Positions 28,222 through 36,703 of a stretch of DNA of 50,274 nt are shown here, one piece after another. The notes below the pieces were generated by a model. The model did no database searches. It had not been told where the DNA came from and saw nothing but the letters and a program-made list of their open reading frames with translations. The DNA is from Acetobacteraceae bacterium (GTDB lineage: Bacteria > Pseudomonadota > Alphaproteobacteria > Acetobacterales > Acetobacteraceae). Made by a program: the position numbers and the translations under genes. The stretch lies in assembly GCA_003164455.1 (NCBI GenBank), contig PLTJ01000009.1, positions 11,639 through 61,912 of the forward strand, read 5' to 3'. The stretch's first letter is position 1. The number at the start of each line of letters is the position of its first letter.

Positions 28222-28368
28222 GTGCAGGACCGGATCGTTGATGTGGACCCCGAGCAACGCGCGGGCGCGTTCGAGATAGCCGCCCGGGTAGGCACCGAAC
28301 AGCTTCGCGCCTTCTCGCAGACGCGGGCGCGCCAGGATCCATTCATCGGAGATCGGTCGGTATGTCAT
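28222..28368 (-). pseudogene. N-terminal fragment of a phage methyltransferase-like gene fused by deletion to the MTase passenger
   Basis: MTYRPISDEWILARP...FGAYPGGYLERARALLGVHINDPVLH switches abruptly to N4/N6 MTase sequence. Confidence 0.55.
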
Positions 28369-29312
28369 GCCGCTTTGTCCGGCTCCGCCGTCTTCGCGGG
28401 CGCCAGACCGCTCGGGCTTGAGCCAGGTCCAAACGGCTCGACCAGCACGAACTCGGGTAGCCGCCACTTCCGGCGATGCTGGTTCAGCCCTTCCATGTCG
28501 CCATTGAAGCGCGGCAGGCCAATCTTCCGCGCCAGCGCTGTGGCCTGGTTCCAGCCGATCTCGATGCGGCCGTACGGCCGCGGAAGCGGCAGCACAACCG
28601 GCGCCGGGGAAGGTGCCGCCGTGATCTCAGGTGCCGGGGAAACCGGCTTCGTCCCCGAAGTGATCGGCGGGGGTTCGGCGGCCCTTGGTGCTGCCGCGTT
28701 CGGCTGTGGTTCCGGGATCGCAGCCTTCTGGTCCGACGCCAGGACGGGCGACTTCCGCGGATCCGGCACACAGCCCGGGCGCCGCTTGAAGTGGCACTTC
28801 TTGATGACGACCCACACCGCCTTCGAGGTTTCGATATGGGGGCCGGGCAGCTTGTTGACCTCCGGCAGGATGGCGTCTTCCCAGAGACCGTCGCCCCACT
28901 TCTGCTCCACCAGTGCGACACGCTCGGGAGTCCATTTTACCGGAGGTCCGGGGCTCTTCTGGGTTGCCGGACGCACGACGACCTGCATCGCGGCCCCGAG
29001 GACGTTCGGAACTTTCGGCACTGGCGCTGGCGGAGGCGCCATCTCATCGTGCTGTTCTGGTGCGTCGGGTGGCGTCGGCGGAGCGACCTTGTCGGGCGTG
29101 GTGAGATCAGCCGCCGCGATCTTCGCGACAGCAGCATCGGCCACGGTGACCACGCCATGCGCCGGGTCTGGCGCTGGGAGGCGCGTCAGGAAGCGCTCGA
29201 CCAGCTCCTGCAGATCAGGGTCGAGCCCAACCGTGATGTGGTTCGGAACGCCGGTGATGGCAATCTCGATCATGCCGCTCTCCGCTGCAGTCGCCGCTGC
29301 CACTGCATCCAC
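28365..29312 (-). CDS. Pro-rich protein with a GcrA-like HTH and a C-terminal domain shared with the GcrA gene
   Basis: KWTPERVALVEQKWGDG; C-terminal IGW...ARKIG...LNQHRR...P. Confidence 0.6.
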   Translation of the reverse strand: MDAVAAATAAESGMIEIAITGVPNHITVGLDPDLQELVERFLTRLPAPDPAHGVVTVADAAVAKIAAADLTTPDKVAPPTPPDAPEQHDEMAPPPAPVPKVPNVLGAAMQVVVRPATQKSPGPPVKWTPERVALVEQKWGDGLWEDAILPEVNKLPGPHIETSKAVWVVIKKCHFKRRPGCVPDPRKSPVLASDQKAAIPEPQPNAAAPRAAEPPPITSGTKPVSPAPEITAAPSPAPVVLPLPRPYGRIEIGWNQATALARKIGLPRFNGDMEGLNQHRRKWRLPEFVLVEPFGPGSSPSGLAPAKTAEPDKAA

Positions 29313-30658
29313 GCCCAGCCGGGCTTGTAGCCGAGCTGATGCGCAAGATTGTGCATGTCGTGCAGCGAGTGCGCCTCGGCCAGCAGCGCGTCGAGGCTGG
29401 TGCGCTTGAGCTGCACGTCTTCCGGGCGCAGCTCGGCCAACTCGCCGGCGCGGCGCTCGACTTCGCGGGGGCTGCTGGCCGCCGCGGTAAACTCATGTCC
29501 GCAGCACGGACAACGATGCTGCGGAGGAAAGACGGCGTAACAGGCGGGGCACTGCCGGATCGCCGGCACGGCGCGGCGATGCCTGCGGCCTTCCAGCGAC
29601 CATTGCCGTGGCGTCTCCGCGAACCCATGCGCGGCGGTGTTGTTGGCGTGGTCCAGCACCACCAGGTGCGTCTTGTCCGGCATCGGGCGGAGGCCGCGGC
29701 CGATCTGCTGCAGATGCAGCGACAGGCTCTGGGTCGGCCGCAACAGGGTGACACAGCCAACCGCGGGGACATCGAGTCCCTCGGAAATCAGATCGGCCGC
29801 GCACACCACCTGCACGCTGCCGTGGGCCAGGCCGCCGAGTGCGGCATCGCGCTCGGCCGGCCGCATCTCGCCGTGCGCCGCCACCGCACGCCAGCCGGCG
29901 GCGCGGAATGCCTCGGCGACGTCCTTGGCGTGCTGCACCGAGACGCAGAACGCAATGCACGGCAGGCCCGGCGCATGCCGGGCGTAGTGCAGCACCGCAT
30001 CGCCGGTGATGGCTGCCTTGTCCATCGCCGCGGCGAGCTGGCGGGCATCGTAGTCGCCAGCAATGGTGCGCACTGCGGACAGGTCCGGTCCCGTGACCGG
30101 CGCCCAGACGCGCGTCGGCGTCAGATAGCCCGCCGCGACCAGCTCGGCGACCTGCGGGCCCATCACCAGGCGATCGAAAACGCCGCCGGCGGCGATACCG
30201 AGGCCGCGGGCGTCGAGGCGTTCCGGCGTCGCCGTGACGCCGAGCAGCTTGGCCTGCGGCTGCGACTTGATGATGGCGAGGTATTGGCCGGCGACGGAAT
30301 GGTGCGCCTCGTCGATGACGATCAACGCGAATCGCGGCAGCCGCGCAAGACGGCGCGCCACCGTCTGCACCGAGCCGACCTGCACCATATCGTCGGTCTC
30401 GGGATAACCCGGGGCGATGATGCCGTGCGGCACGCCGGCGTCGCGCAGCTTGTTGCTGGCCTGGCGGATCAGCTCGGCGCGGTGCGCCAGGATCAGCACC
30501 CGGTTGCCCTTGCCGTAGGCGCCGAGCGCCACGGCGGAGAAAACCACGGTCTTGCCCGAACCCGTGGCAGCACACAGCAGGGGCGCGGCGGCCCCTGTCA
30601 TGTACGCCTGCCGGAGGCTTTGGACTGCGGCCTCCTGATACGGGCGCAGGCGGACCAT
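29270..30658 (-). CDS. Superfamily 2 DEAH helicase (RadD/YejH-like) with a zinc finger
   Basis: LRPYQ, ATGSGKT, DEAHH, TATP, QQIGRGLR, CPAC/CPCC; TGATG start at 30658. Confidence 0.93.
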   Translation of the reverse strand: MVRLRPYQEAAVQSLRQAYMTGAAAPLLCAATGSGKTVVFSAVALGAYGKGNRVLILAHRAELIRQASNKLRDAGVPHGIIAPGYPETDDMVQVGSVQTVARRLARLPRFALIVIDEAHHSVAGQYLAIIKSQPQAKLLGVTATPERLDARGLGIAAGGVFDRLVMGPQVAELVAAGYLTPTRVWAPVTGPDLSAVRTIAGDYDARQLAAAMDKAAITGDAVLHYARHAPGLPCIAFCVSVQHAKDVAEAFRAAGWRAVAAHGEMRPAERDAALGGLAHGSVQVVCAADLISEGLDVPAVGCVTLLRPTQSLSLHLQQIGRGLRPMPDKTHLVVLDHANNTAAHGFAETPRQWSLEGRRHRRAVPAIRQCPACYAVFPPQHRCPCCGHEFTAAASSPREVERRAGELAELRPEDVQLKRTSLDALLAEAHSLHDMHNLAHQLGYKPGWAWMQWQRRLQRRAA

Positions 30659-30915
30659 CAGATCGGCGCCTCGTTCATTGGCGACGTGTCGCCCAGCGGC
30701 ATCTCGGGCTGGTCCGGCGTGATCGGCGCCGGCTTGCGCTCGCCCTCGTACTCCTCGGGGTCGGCCACCACGATCAGCACGCGCGCCCCCTGGCAGTCGA
30801 TCAGCTCGTGTCGCCGCTCCTCGAACTTCGACATCGTCAGGGCGGCCTTGATGCCGTCCTTGACCGTGATGCTTTCGAGAGTGGCGGGAATCGTGCGTCG
30901 GCCGTTGGCAGCGAG
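30658..30915 (-). pseudogene. C-terminal part of a conserved phage protein with its N-terminus missing
   Basis: AANGRRTIPATLESITVKDGIKA...RHELID..G..VLIVVADP is protein-like; the upstream in-frame sequence is low-complexity and hairpin-rich. Confidence 0.5.
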
Positions 30916-31555
30916 ACGGGAGCAACGAAGGATGGAGGTCGGTGCACAGACTTTGGCGACGGTAGACAACGGCAGGCGCCCGGTGCTGGGGAGCATGGAC
31001 GGGCGCCGGCACGCGCGGTGGGATGATGCAGTCGCGGCAACAGGCGCTGCGGCTACACGATCGTACCGAGGGGTTGGTCCCGACGCGGCCACACGCACCG
31101 CGCCGGGCGCCGAGGGTCGCAGCAGCAGCAGCGCGGGAGAGGTGAGGAAGCCCGCGTGGTTGCCGTTCGTGTGCCTCGGGTGGCAATGGGAAAGTGCGGC
31201 CGGCCCTGCGACCGGCCGCGAGTTGGGGGAGGAGACGCCAGCGTGGCGAATGACCGCGGCCACGCACGCGGAAACGACGCCAGCGGGACGCCCGGCGTTA
31301 CCGGGTAGCGGCCCCCCGCTGACGCGCGTCACACACCGGGCCGCATCGCATGGAGTAGCACCAGTCGGCCGGAGTCTGTGTGTGGCGAAGGGGAACATGG
31401 TGCGACGCTGCTAGCCCCCGAACAGCCACGCCAGGGCAAGCACCGCGGCCCCGATGCAGGCGACGTCGGCCAGCAGAATGGCGGGGATCAGTCCCACGTC
31501 ACCCACCGCAAGGCGCCGACGGCGCAGAGCCATGGCACCAGCATGAGGGCAGTGA

Positions 31556-31690
31556 TCACCGCTGCACCCAGCCCTGGTCGTCCGCGCGTCGCCGGGTCTC
31601 GGCCACGCGACGCTCCCGCTGCCGCTCACATGCGACGCAGAACCCGCAATACGAGACGATGATGAGGACGACGATGATACCCGCGGTCAT
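31556..31690 (-). CDS. 44-aa single-transmembrane peptide
   Basis: MTAGIIVVLIIVSYCGFCVACERQRERR...; ATGA overlap with the XRE gene; absent from the ORF track. Confidence 0.5.
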   Translation of the reverse strand: MTAGIIVVLIIVSYCGFCVACERQRERRVAETRRRADDQGWVQR

Positions 31691-31941
31691 GTCACACCTC
31701 GCTTCGCCAGCTCTTCATCGACGCGCGACACGCACGCCTCGACCAGCAGCTCGCGCGCCGACACGCCCAGCACACGCTCGATGGCGATGGCCTGCTCGAC
31801 GGAAACGAATCGGCGGCCATGGATGAGGTAGGAGAGCTGCGACGCGTTGATTCCCAATTCGCGCGCCAGTGCGGCAACACCGTGCCGCGCCTGGGCGGCG
31901 TCCTGCAGCAGGGCGGCCAGACGTGCATGCAGCGGCGGCAT
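31687..31941 (-). CDS. XRE-family HTH regulator (HigA-like)
   Basis: AALARELGINASQLSYLIHGRRFVSVEQAIAIERVLGVSA. Confidence 0.85.
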   Translation of the reverse strand: MPPLHARLAALLQDAAQARHGVAALARELGINASQLSYLIHGRRFVSVEQAIAIERVLGVSARELLVEACVSRVDEELAKRGVT

Positions 31942-32156
31942 CAGGCGGCCTCACGCGATTCGGTGGCGGGCGCATCCCACAGATCCGGACGCAGCTCGTG
32001 ACGCGGGATGCCGCTGGCGCAGGCCACTGCGGCAACGCGCTTGGGTGGGATGTCTTCCCAGGAATAGAGCGACTCCATCCTGATCCCCAACTCCCTCGCG
32101 AGGGCCGTGGGACCGCCGGCTGCCGCGATCGCCCGCTTTACGATCTCACTTTGCAT
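31941..32156 (-). CDS. Cro/YdaS-like repressor
   Basis: AAGGPTALARELGI...SW..IP..R......SGIPRHELRPDLW; first gene from the leftward promoter. Confidence 0.9.
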   Translation of the reverse strand: MQSEIVKRAIAAAGGPTALARELGIRMESLYSWEDIPPKRVAAVACASGIPRHELRPDLWDAPATESREAA

Positions 32157-32161
32157 GCCTT

Positions 32162-32284
32162 GGACACTAAGCGATGCCTAGCGGAATATCAATAGGCAAA
32201 CGCTAGGTGCGACTCCGGTACGCAAAAAGGACAATCTCGCTAGGCTGTGCCTATTGACGTTTCGCTAGGCGTCGCTTAGTGTCC
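32162..32284. promoter_or_regulatory. Divergent early promoters formed by a 37-bp inverted repeat with CGCTAGG operator motifs
   Basis: Plus strand: TTGACG(32254)-17-TAGTGT. Minus strand: TTGATA-17-TAGTGT. Arms 32162-32198 and 32248-32284 are inverted copies with 4 mismatches. Confidence 0.85.
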
Positions 32285-32312
32285 CCTCGCTCCCGCGACG
32301 AGGAGACCCCCG

Positions 32313-32510
32313 ATGTCACGTCCCGATCTCACCCTCCAGGCCGCTCTCCGCATCGCCCATTCGGCCGGCACAGACGCCGCGAACCGTTCCGCGCGTCGCG
32401 GCGGGCGCAGCGCTTGGTCGGACACCGATCGCGATGCGGCGCAACGGGCCACGGAGACGGCGCTGCGCGGGTTGGGGTTCGGCCAGTTCGTGACATCAGA
32501 GGTCGCCTGA
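32313..32510 (+). CDS. Hypothetical protein (first rightward early gene)
   Basis: AGGAG RBS; 65 aa. Confidence 0.7.
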   Translation: MSRPDLTLQAALRIAHSAGTDAANRSARRGGRSAWSDTDRDAAQRATETALRGLGFGQFVTSEVA

Positions 32511-32511
32511 G

Positions 32512-32892
32512 ATGCTCACCGGCCTCTGCACCGCTCTTGAAGCCCAGCCGGCCCCGCCGCTGGTGGTGATCCCGCGGCCTTATCCTGAGTTCGCCGGCGA
32601 CCTCGACCCGGCGAAGTTGCCGGCCACGGGGCTTCCGCGGAGCGACACCTACCAGTCGCTCGCCGCGCGCCGGGTCCGCGAGACCCGGCAATGGGTCCGC
32701 GACGCGATCTACGAAGGCCGGCACTACGAGGCCAGCGAAGAGGTCCGGCTCGCGCTACGGGCGCTCCGGTACTGGCAGCGCCGCCTCGTGCTGGCCCCCG
32801 TGCACGATGCGATGCGAGAGCAGCGGCGCCTGCAGCGTGTCGTCGATCTGGCGCGGCGCGAGACGCCGGCCGCGCTGCTGGCCGCAGAATAG
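32512..32892 (+). CDS. Hypothetical protein
   Basis: GAGG RBS; its stop codon lies inside the cassette target site. Confidence 0.65.
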   Translation: MLTGLCTALEAQPAPPLVVIPRPYPEFAGDLDPAKLPATGLPRSDTYQSLAARRVRETRQWVRDAIYEGRHYEASEEVRLALRALRYWQRRLVLAPVHDAMREQRRLQRVVDLARRETPAALLAAE

Positions 32893-33570
32893 GGGAATTA
32901 TATAGATGACTCCCTCTAATCATTTCAGAATCGGTCTAGTGGCCGAAGCGTCTGAACTGGTGGAACGATTTCACTACAGCGGCCGTGTGCCTGCCAACTT
33001 GCAATGCGTTGGGACTTGGCATGCGGATGGCGGACTGTTCGGAGATCAAGGTCAAGTGATAGCCGCGTGCTTCTTTTCTATCCCGCCGACACGATGGTCC
33101 GAAGATGTCTGGGAATTATCGCGTTTGGTGCGCCGGGATGACGCGGCGGTATCGTTGACCGGCCTGATAGCTGCGACCGTGCGTTTCCTGGCCCGTAGGA
33201 AGGCCATGGACCTGTTGGTGTCGTTCGCCGATGCCACGCATGGGCACCACGGGGCATCTACCAAGCGGCTTCATGGGCTTATGCGGGGCAGCGTGAACGG
33301 CGACAGGACGGCCTGATGATTAACGGAGTTTTCCATCCTTGTCGATCTTGTAACTCTCGTTGGGGAACGAGTTCCCCAACGAAATTAGCCATCCGGTTGC
33401 CGGATCACACGATTGAACCGCATTGGGATGACGGCAAGCATCTCTATTGGCGAGCATTGAATAAATCTGGTCGTGCAAAGGCTAAAAGGTTGGGCTTGGA
33501 AGCGTTGGCATATCCAAAACCACAATGGGCAGCGTTATGAGGGAGCGAGGGAGTAATGTATATAATTCCC
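32893..33570 (+). mobile_element. Non-autonomous IS1595 (ISNwi-type) mobile insertion cassette carrying a mom-like gene
   Basis: Terminal inverted repeats GGGAATTATATAGATGACTCCCT and AGGGAGTAATGTATATAATTCCC (21/23); 8-bp direct repeat CAGAATAG at 32885-32892 and 33571-33578; lower GC; no transposase. Confidence 0.88.
32906..33540 (+). pseudogene. mom: Mom-family adenine modification (GNAT-like) protein split by a -1 frameshift at G4 33251-33254
   Basis: FHYS...WELSRL...LLVSFADATHGHHG continues in the -1 frame as GIYQAASWAYAG...GKHLYW...LAYPK, matching the Mom SFAD..GH.G.IYQA..W.Y motif. Confidence 0.8.
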
Positions 33571-33588
33571 CAGAATAGGGAGATCGTC

Positions 33589-34065
33589 ATGGACACCAAC
33601 GTCACCGACACCGTTCGGTCGGAAATCACTGACATCATGGTCGGCGCCTGCACGGCCAGCATCTATCGCACCGGCAGCGTCTACCTGCACGGCGGCAGCA
33701 TTGGCGGCGGTTGCACCATCATCGATCCCGAGCACATGGACGACGCCATCACCGCTCTGACCGCTGCGCGCGATGCCAGCGCCGACCTGAAGCCGTTGCC
33801 GGTCGCCATCGCTGAGGCCAGCAAGCTGATCGACCAGGCGAAGAAGCTGCTGCTGCCCGTTGAGCACGATCTCGGTGTCGAAGCCAGCGCCGCCGGCGAT
33901 GCCGATGAGGATGTCGCCGGCGCCTACGTGGACGCCCAGACCGACATGGCCAGCGCCCTCGGTGAGCTGGGCGGCGTGCTCGACGGGCTGCGGCTGATCT
34001 CGTCCGGGATCGCCACCGCACGCCGCTACCGCGCCGAGGCGGCGAAGTCGCGCGCCGCGGCCTGA
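33589..34065 (+). CDS. Hypothetical protein
   Basis: GGAG RBS right after the target duplication; an alternative in-frame ATG at 33556 lies in the terminal repeat. Confidence 0.7.
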   Translation: MDTNVTDTVRSEITDIMVGACTASIYRTGSVYLHGGSIGGGCTIIDPEHMDDAITALTAARDASADLKPLPVAIAEASKLIDQAKKLLLPVEHDLGVEASAAGDADEDVAGAYVDAQTDMASALGELGGVLDGLRLISSGIATARRYRAEAAKSRAAA

Positions 34066-34100
34066 TCCATCCCCGCCAGTCTCAACGCAGGATATCCGCA

Positions 34101-34283
34101 ATGTTCCATGATGAGCCCGTCCCTTCTGACGGCGTGATGACCCGGCAACGCATGCGCGCCGCATCGCGTGCCACTGCCAAGGCCGAGCGCCAGGAGGCCG
34201 GGCGCCAGGTTCACCTCGCCCGCCGCAACGCACTGCTGGCACGCCGCCGCGCACGGAACGCCGGCCACAAGGCCGCGGCATGA
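34101..34283 (+). CDS. Small basic hypothetical protein
   Basis: AGGA RBS; ATGA overlap with the next gene. Confidence 0.55.
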   Translation: MFHDEPVPSDGVMTRQRMRAASRATAKAERQEAGRQVHLARRNALLARRRARNAGHKAAA

Positions 34284-35098
34284 CTCCCGCCCTTCCCGCG
34301 CGCCCAATCCACGAGGCACTGGACCGGCTCGCGCGAGGGCTTCGCGCCGCTCCCGTTGCTGCTGCGCGCACCCTGGTGGTCACCGACGAACTGCCGGAGA
34401 TCGTGGCCGCGATCGCGGATCGCGTGGAACCGGAAGGCCACGCGAGCAGCGCGCAGACTGCGCAGCCCGAGGTCTGCACCGCGGCCGCGGCCCCCTTGAA
34501 CCCGCGCGTGCTGCGCGCCGACGTGGAGGCGCTGAACGAGGCGGCGCGGATGTGTGACCGCCGCATCGCGCCGTCCGGCGAACGGCTCCGGCTGACGGCG
34601 ATCCATCTCGACATCGTGGCCGAGCAACTGGAGCAGGTTGAGCGCTGCGCCGCCCTGCTGATCAGCTACCGCGACACCCTGGAGGCACACGGCGTCGTCG
34701 GGCTGCCGATCGGGGTGCATGACGCGAAGCTGCTGGCGCAGTCCCTCGCCGTGGTGGCGCGGACCCTGGCACCTCAGGCTCCGGGGACGAGCGAGTTGCC
34801 GGCGGGCGTGGCCCGGCTGCCGATGCGCGAGGAAGCGACGCGCTTGCTGTCGGGGCCGGCTCTCGCCAACGCCAAGCTGGCTGGCGACATCACCGAGCGC
34901 ATCGTCAAGGAGCTGGCCGATCGCTCCGCCACCGATCGCTGCATGATCCTGACCACCGTCGCGACCGGCCTGGCGATGGACGCGCTGATCCGGCGCCGCG
35001 ATCAGCGCACCGCCACGGCGATGTTCGAGACACGGATCTCGGGCAACTCGAAGCCGACCCCTCCGAGCTCGCGGTCGAGACGGTGCCGGAGCACGTGA
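34280..35098 (+). CDS. Hypothetical protein
   Basis: 272 aa, coupled within the operon. Confidence 0.6.
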   Translation: MTPALPARPIHEALDRLARGLRAAPVAAARTLVVTDELPEIVAAIADRVEPEGHASSAQTAQPEVCTAAAAPLNPRVLRADVEALNEAARMCDRRIAPSGERLRLTAIHLDIVAEQLEQVERCAALLISYRDTLEAHGVVGLPIGVHDAKLLAQSLAVVARTLAPQAPGTSELPAGVARLPMREEATRLLSGPALANAKLAGDITERIVKELADRSATDRCMILTTVATGLAMDALIRRRDQRTATAMFETRISGNSKPTPPSSRSRRCRST

Positions 35099-35102
35099 AC
35101 TG

Positions 35103-35510
35103 ATGCCCACCCCCCGCAAGATCTGGTGCTGCGGCTGCGGCAAGACGGTCTCCGCGCGCCTGACGAATGGTGCCGAAGTCTACTCAGGCCGCGCCGATCT
35201 TGCGGAACTGCCGTTCTGGCGCTGCGATGTCTGCCGCAACTTCGTCGGCTGCCACCACAAGACAAACAACCCGACGCGCCCGCTCGGCGTGATCCCGACA
35301 CCGGAGATCAAGGGTGCCAGGCGGCACATCCACCGCATCCTCGACCCGCTCTGGCAGAGCGGCCGGATGCAGCGCGGAGAAGTCTACGTGCTGATCTCGG
35401 AACGCCTCGGCCGGCAGTACCACACTGCCGAGATCCGCAGCATCGAGGAGGCCCGCGAAGTCTACCGCGTCGTGCAGGCGGTCGCGAAGGAGTTCCCGGT
35501 CCATGCGTGA
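35103..35510 (+). CDS. DUF3268-like zinc-finger protein
   Basis: CCGC...G.EVY..R.DL...FWRCDVC.NFVGCH...PLG...AR..IH..LDPLW. Confidence 0.8.
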   Translation: MPTPRKIWCCGCGKTVSARLTNGAEVYSGRADLAELPFWRCDVCRNFVGCHHKTNNPTRPLGVIPTPEIKGARRHIHRILDPLWQSGRMQRGEVYVLISERLGRQYHTAEIRSIEEAREVYRVVQAVAKEFPVHA

Positions 35511-35838
35511 CAACATGCCGCCGCGCCGTGTGGATCAGCCGGAGCCCGGGCTCTTCCGTTGCCGCCTGGTGCGCCGCGGGCCCTGGGTTCCGGCGGCGAT
35601 CCGCCACGAAGCCGGCCTGTGGTGGGCCGAACTGAACGGCGAGCGGCTCGAAGCCGCGGCCGATCCCGCGCATGCCCCCAAGGTGTTCGAGATCTGGCTC
35701 AGCGGCCACGTCATCGACCGGGCCGAGTACGAGCACATGCAGCGCGTCCGGGGCTTCGCCGAGCGCTATGCGCCGGCACACCCCGGCGCGAAGCCGCGCG
35801 AGCCGATCGTGCTGGCGCAGCTACCCCCCGTTTACTGA
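35503..35838 (+). CDS. Conserved phage hypothetical protein
   Basis: PEPGLFRCRLVRRGPWVPAAI...P..P.EPI.L motif. Confidence 0.7.
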   Translation: MRDNMPPRRVDQPEPGLFRCRLVRRGPWVPAAIRHEAGLWWAELNGERLEAAADPAHAPKVFEIWLSGHVIDRAEYEHMQRVRGFAERYAPAHPGAKPREPIVLAQLPPVY

Positions 35839-35851
35839 GGACAGGAGAGAG

Positions 35852-36703
35852 ATGGGAACGCAGGAAACGATTGCCGCGACTGTCACCGAGGCCATCAGCG
35901 AAGCCACGGCGACGATCGGCGACAACAGCCGTCATGCCTACATCGACCTCGCGGTCGTGCTGGCACCGGAGTGGTTGAGCGACAACATGGAGGCCGGCTA
36001 CGGCGACCGCCGGAAGCGCGGCGGCGAACTGATGGCCGCCAACCTGCGCTTCCTTGCCGCCAACCCAGACGGCATCAAGGACGACGAGACGCAAGGCCGC
36101 GCTTCGGCCTTCGCGCGGCAGCTCGGCGACGAGATCAAGTCGCTCGATACCGCCCGCATGGAATCGGGCGCCCCGATCCGTCAGGCTACCGGCATCGTCA
36201 ACAGTTGGTGGGCGGCGCTGATTGATCCGCTGAAGAACGCGCGGGCCGGCGTCATGAGTCACATCGACAAGTACGCCAAGGACCGCGCCGATGCGGCCCG
36301 CAAGACGGCCGAGGAAGAGGCCCAACGCAAGCGGGAAGAAGCTGCGAACCTCGCGGCAATGGCCGAGCGCAGCGGTGACGTCGCCACGATGGACCGCGCC
36401 ATCGAAGCCGAGCAGGCGGCCGAGGACATGCACGCTGCTGCTGCGGCGAGCCCTGCGGCGCTGAGTCGCGTCCGCGGCGACCTCGGTACCACCACCAGCC
36501 TGCGGACGCGCTGGAGCTGGGCCGAGGATCCCGCCACTGGCGGCCTGATGGCACTCGTGCGCGCCGTGGCTGCGGGCACGCAGCCCTCGAACCTGCTAGT
36601 ACCGAACAAGGCCATTCTCGACGCACTCGCCCGCGACAAGAACAGCCGCAGCATCATCCCGGGCATCCGCTGGGTATCCGAACAGAGGGCGGTCGTGCGG
36701 TGA
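35852..36703 (+). CDS. Coiled-coil protein of the recombination module
   Basis: AGGAG RBS, ATG 35852; C-terminal SLRTRW...IPGI. Confidence 0.7.
   Translation: MGTQETIAATVTEAISEATATIGDNSRHAYIDLAVVLAPEWLSDNMEAGYGDRRKRGGELMAANLRFLAANPDGIKDDETQGRASAFARQLGDEIKSLDTARMESGAPIRQATGIVNSWWAALIDPLKNARAGVMSHIDKYAKDRADAARKTAEEEAQRKREEAANLAAMAERSGDVATMDRAIEAEQAAEDMHAAAAASPAALSRVRGDLGTTTSLRTRWSWAEDPATGGLMALVRAVAAGTQPSNLLVPNKAILDALARDKNSRSIIPGIRWVSEQRAVVR

Noticed and set aside
27863-33570. A single 5.7-kb composite transposon or invertible segment bounded by the outer repeats
   Set aside because: The flanks differ (TTCGGATA vs CAGAATAG), while the inner pair has its own perfect duplication. Two separate insertions are simpler.
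33548-33572. dif/Xer- or lox-like recombination site (TAA-TGTATA-TAAT core)
   Set aside because: The XerD arm does not match, and the paired inverted copies with an 8-bp duplication indicate transposon ends.
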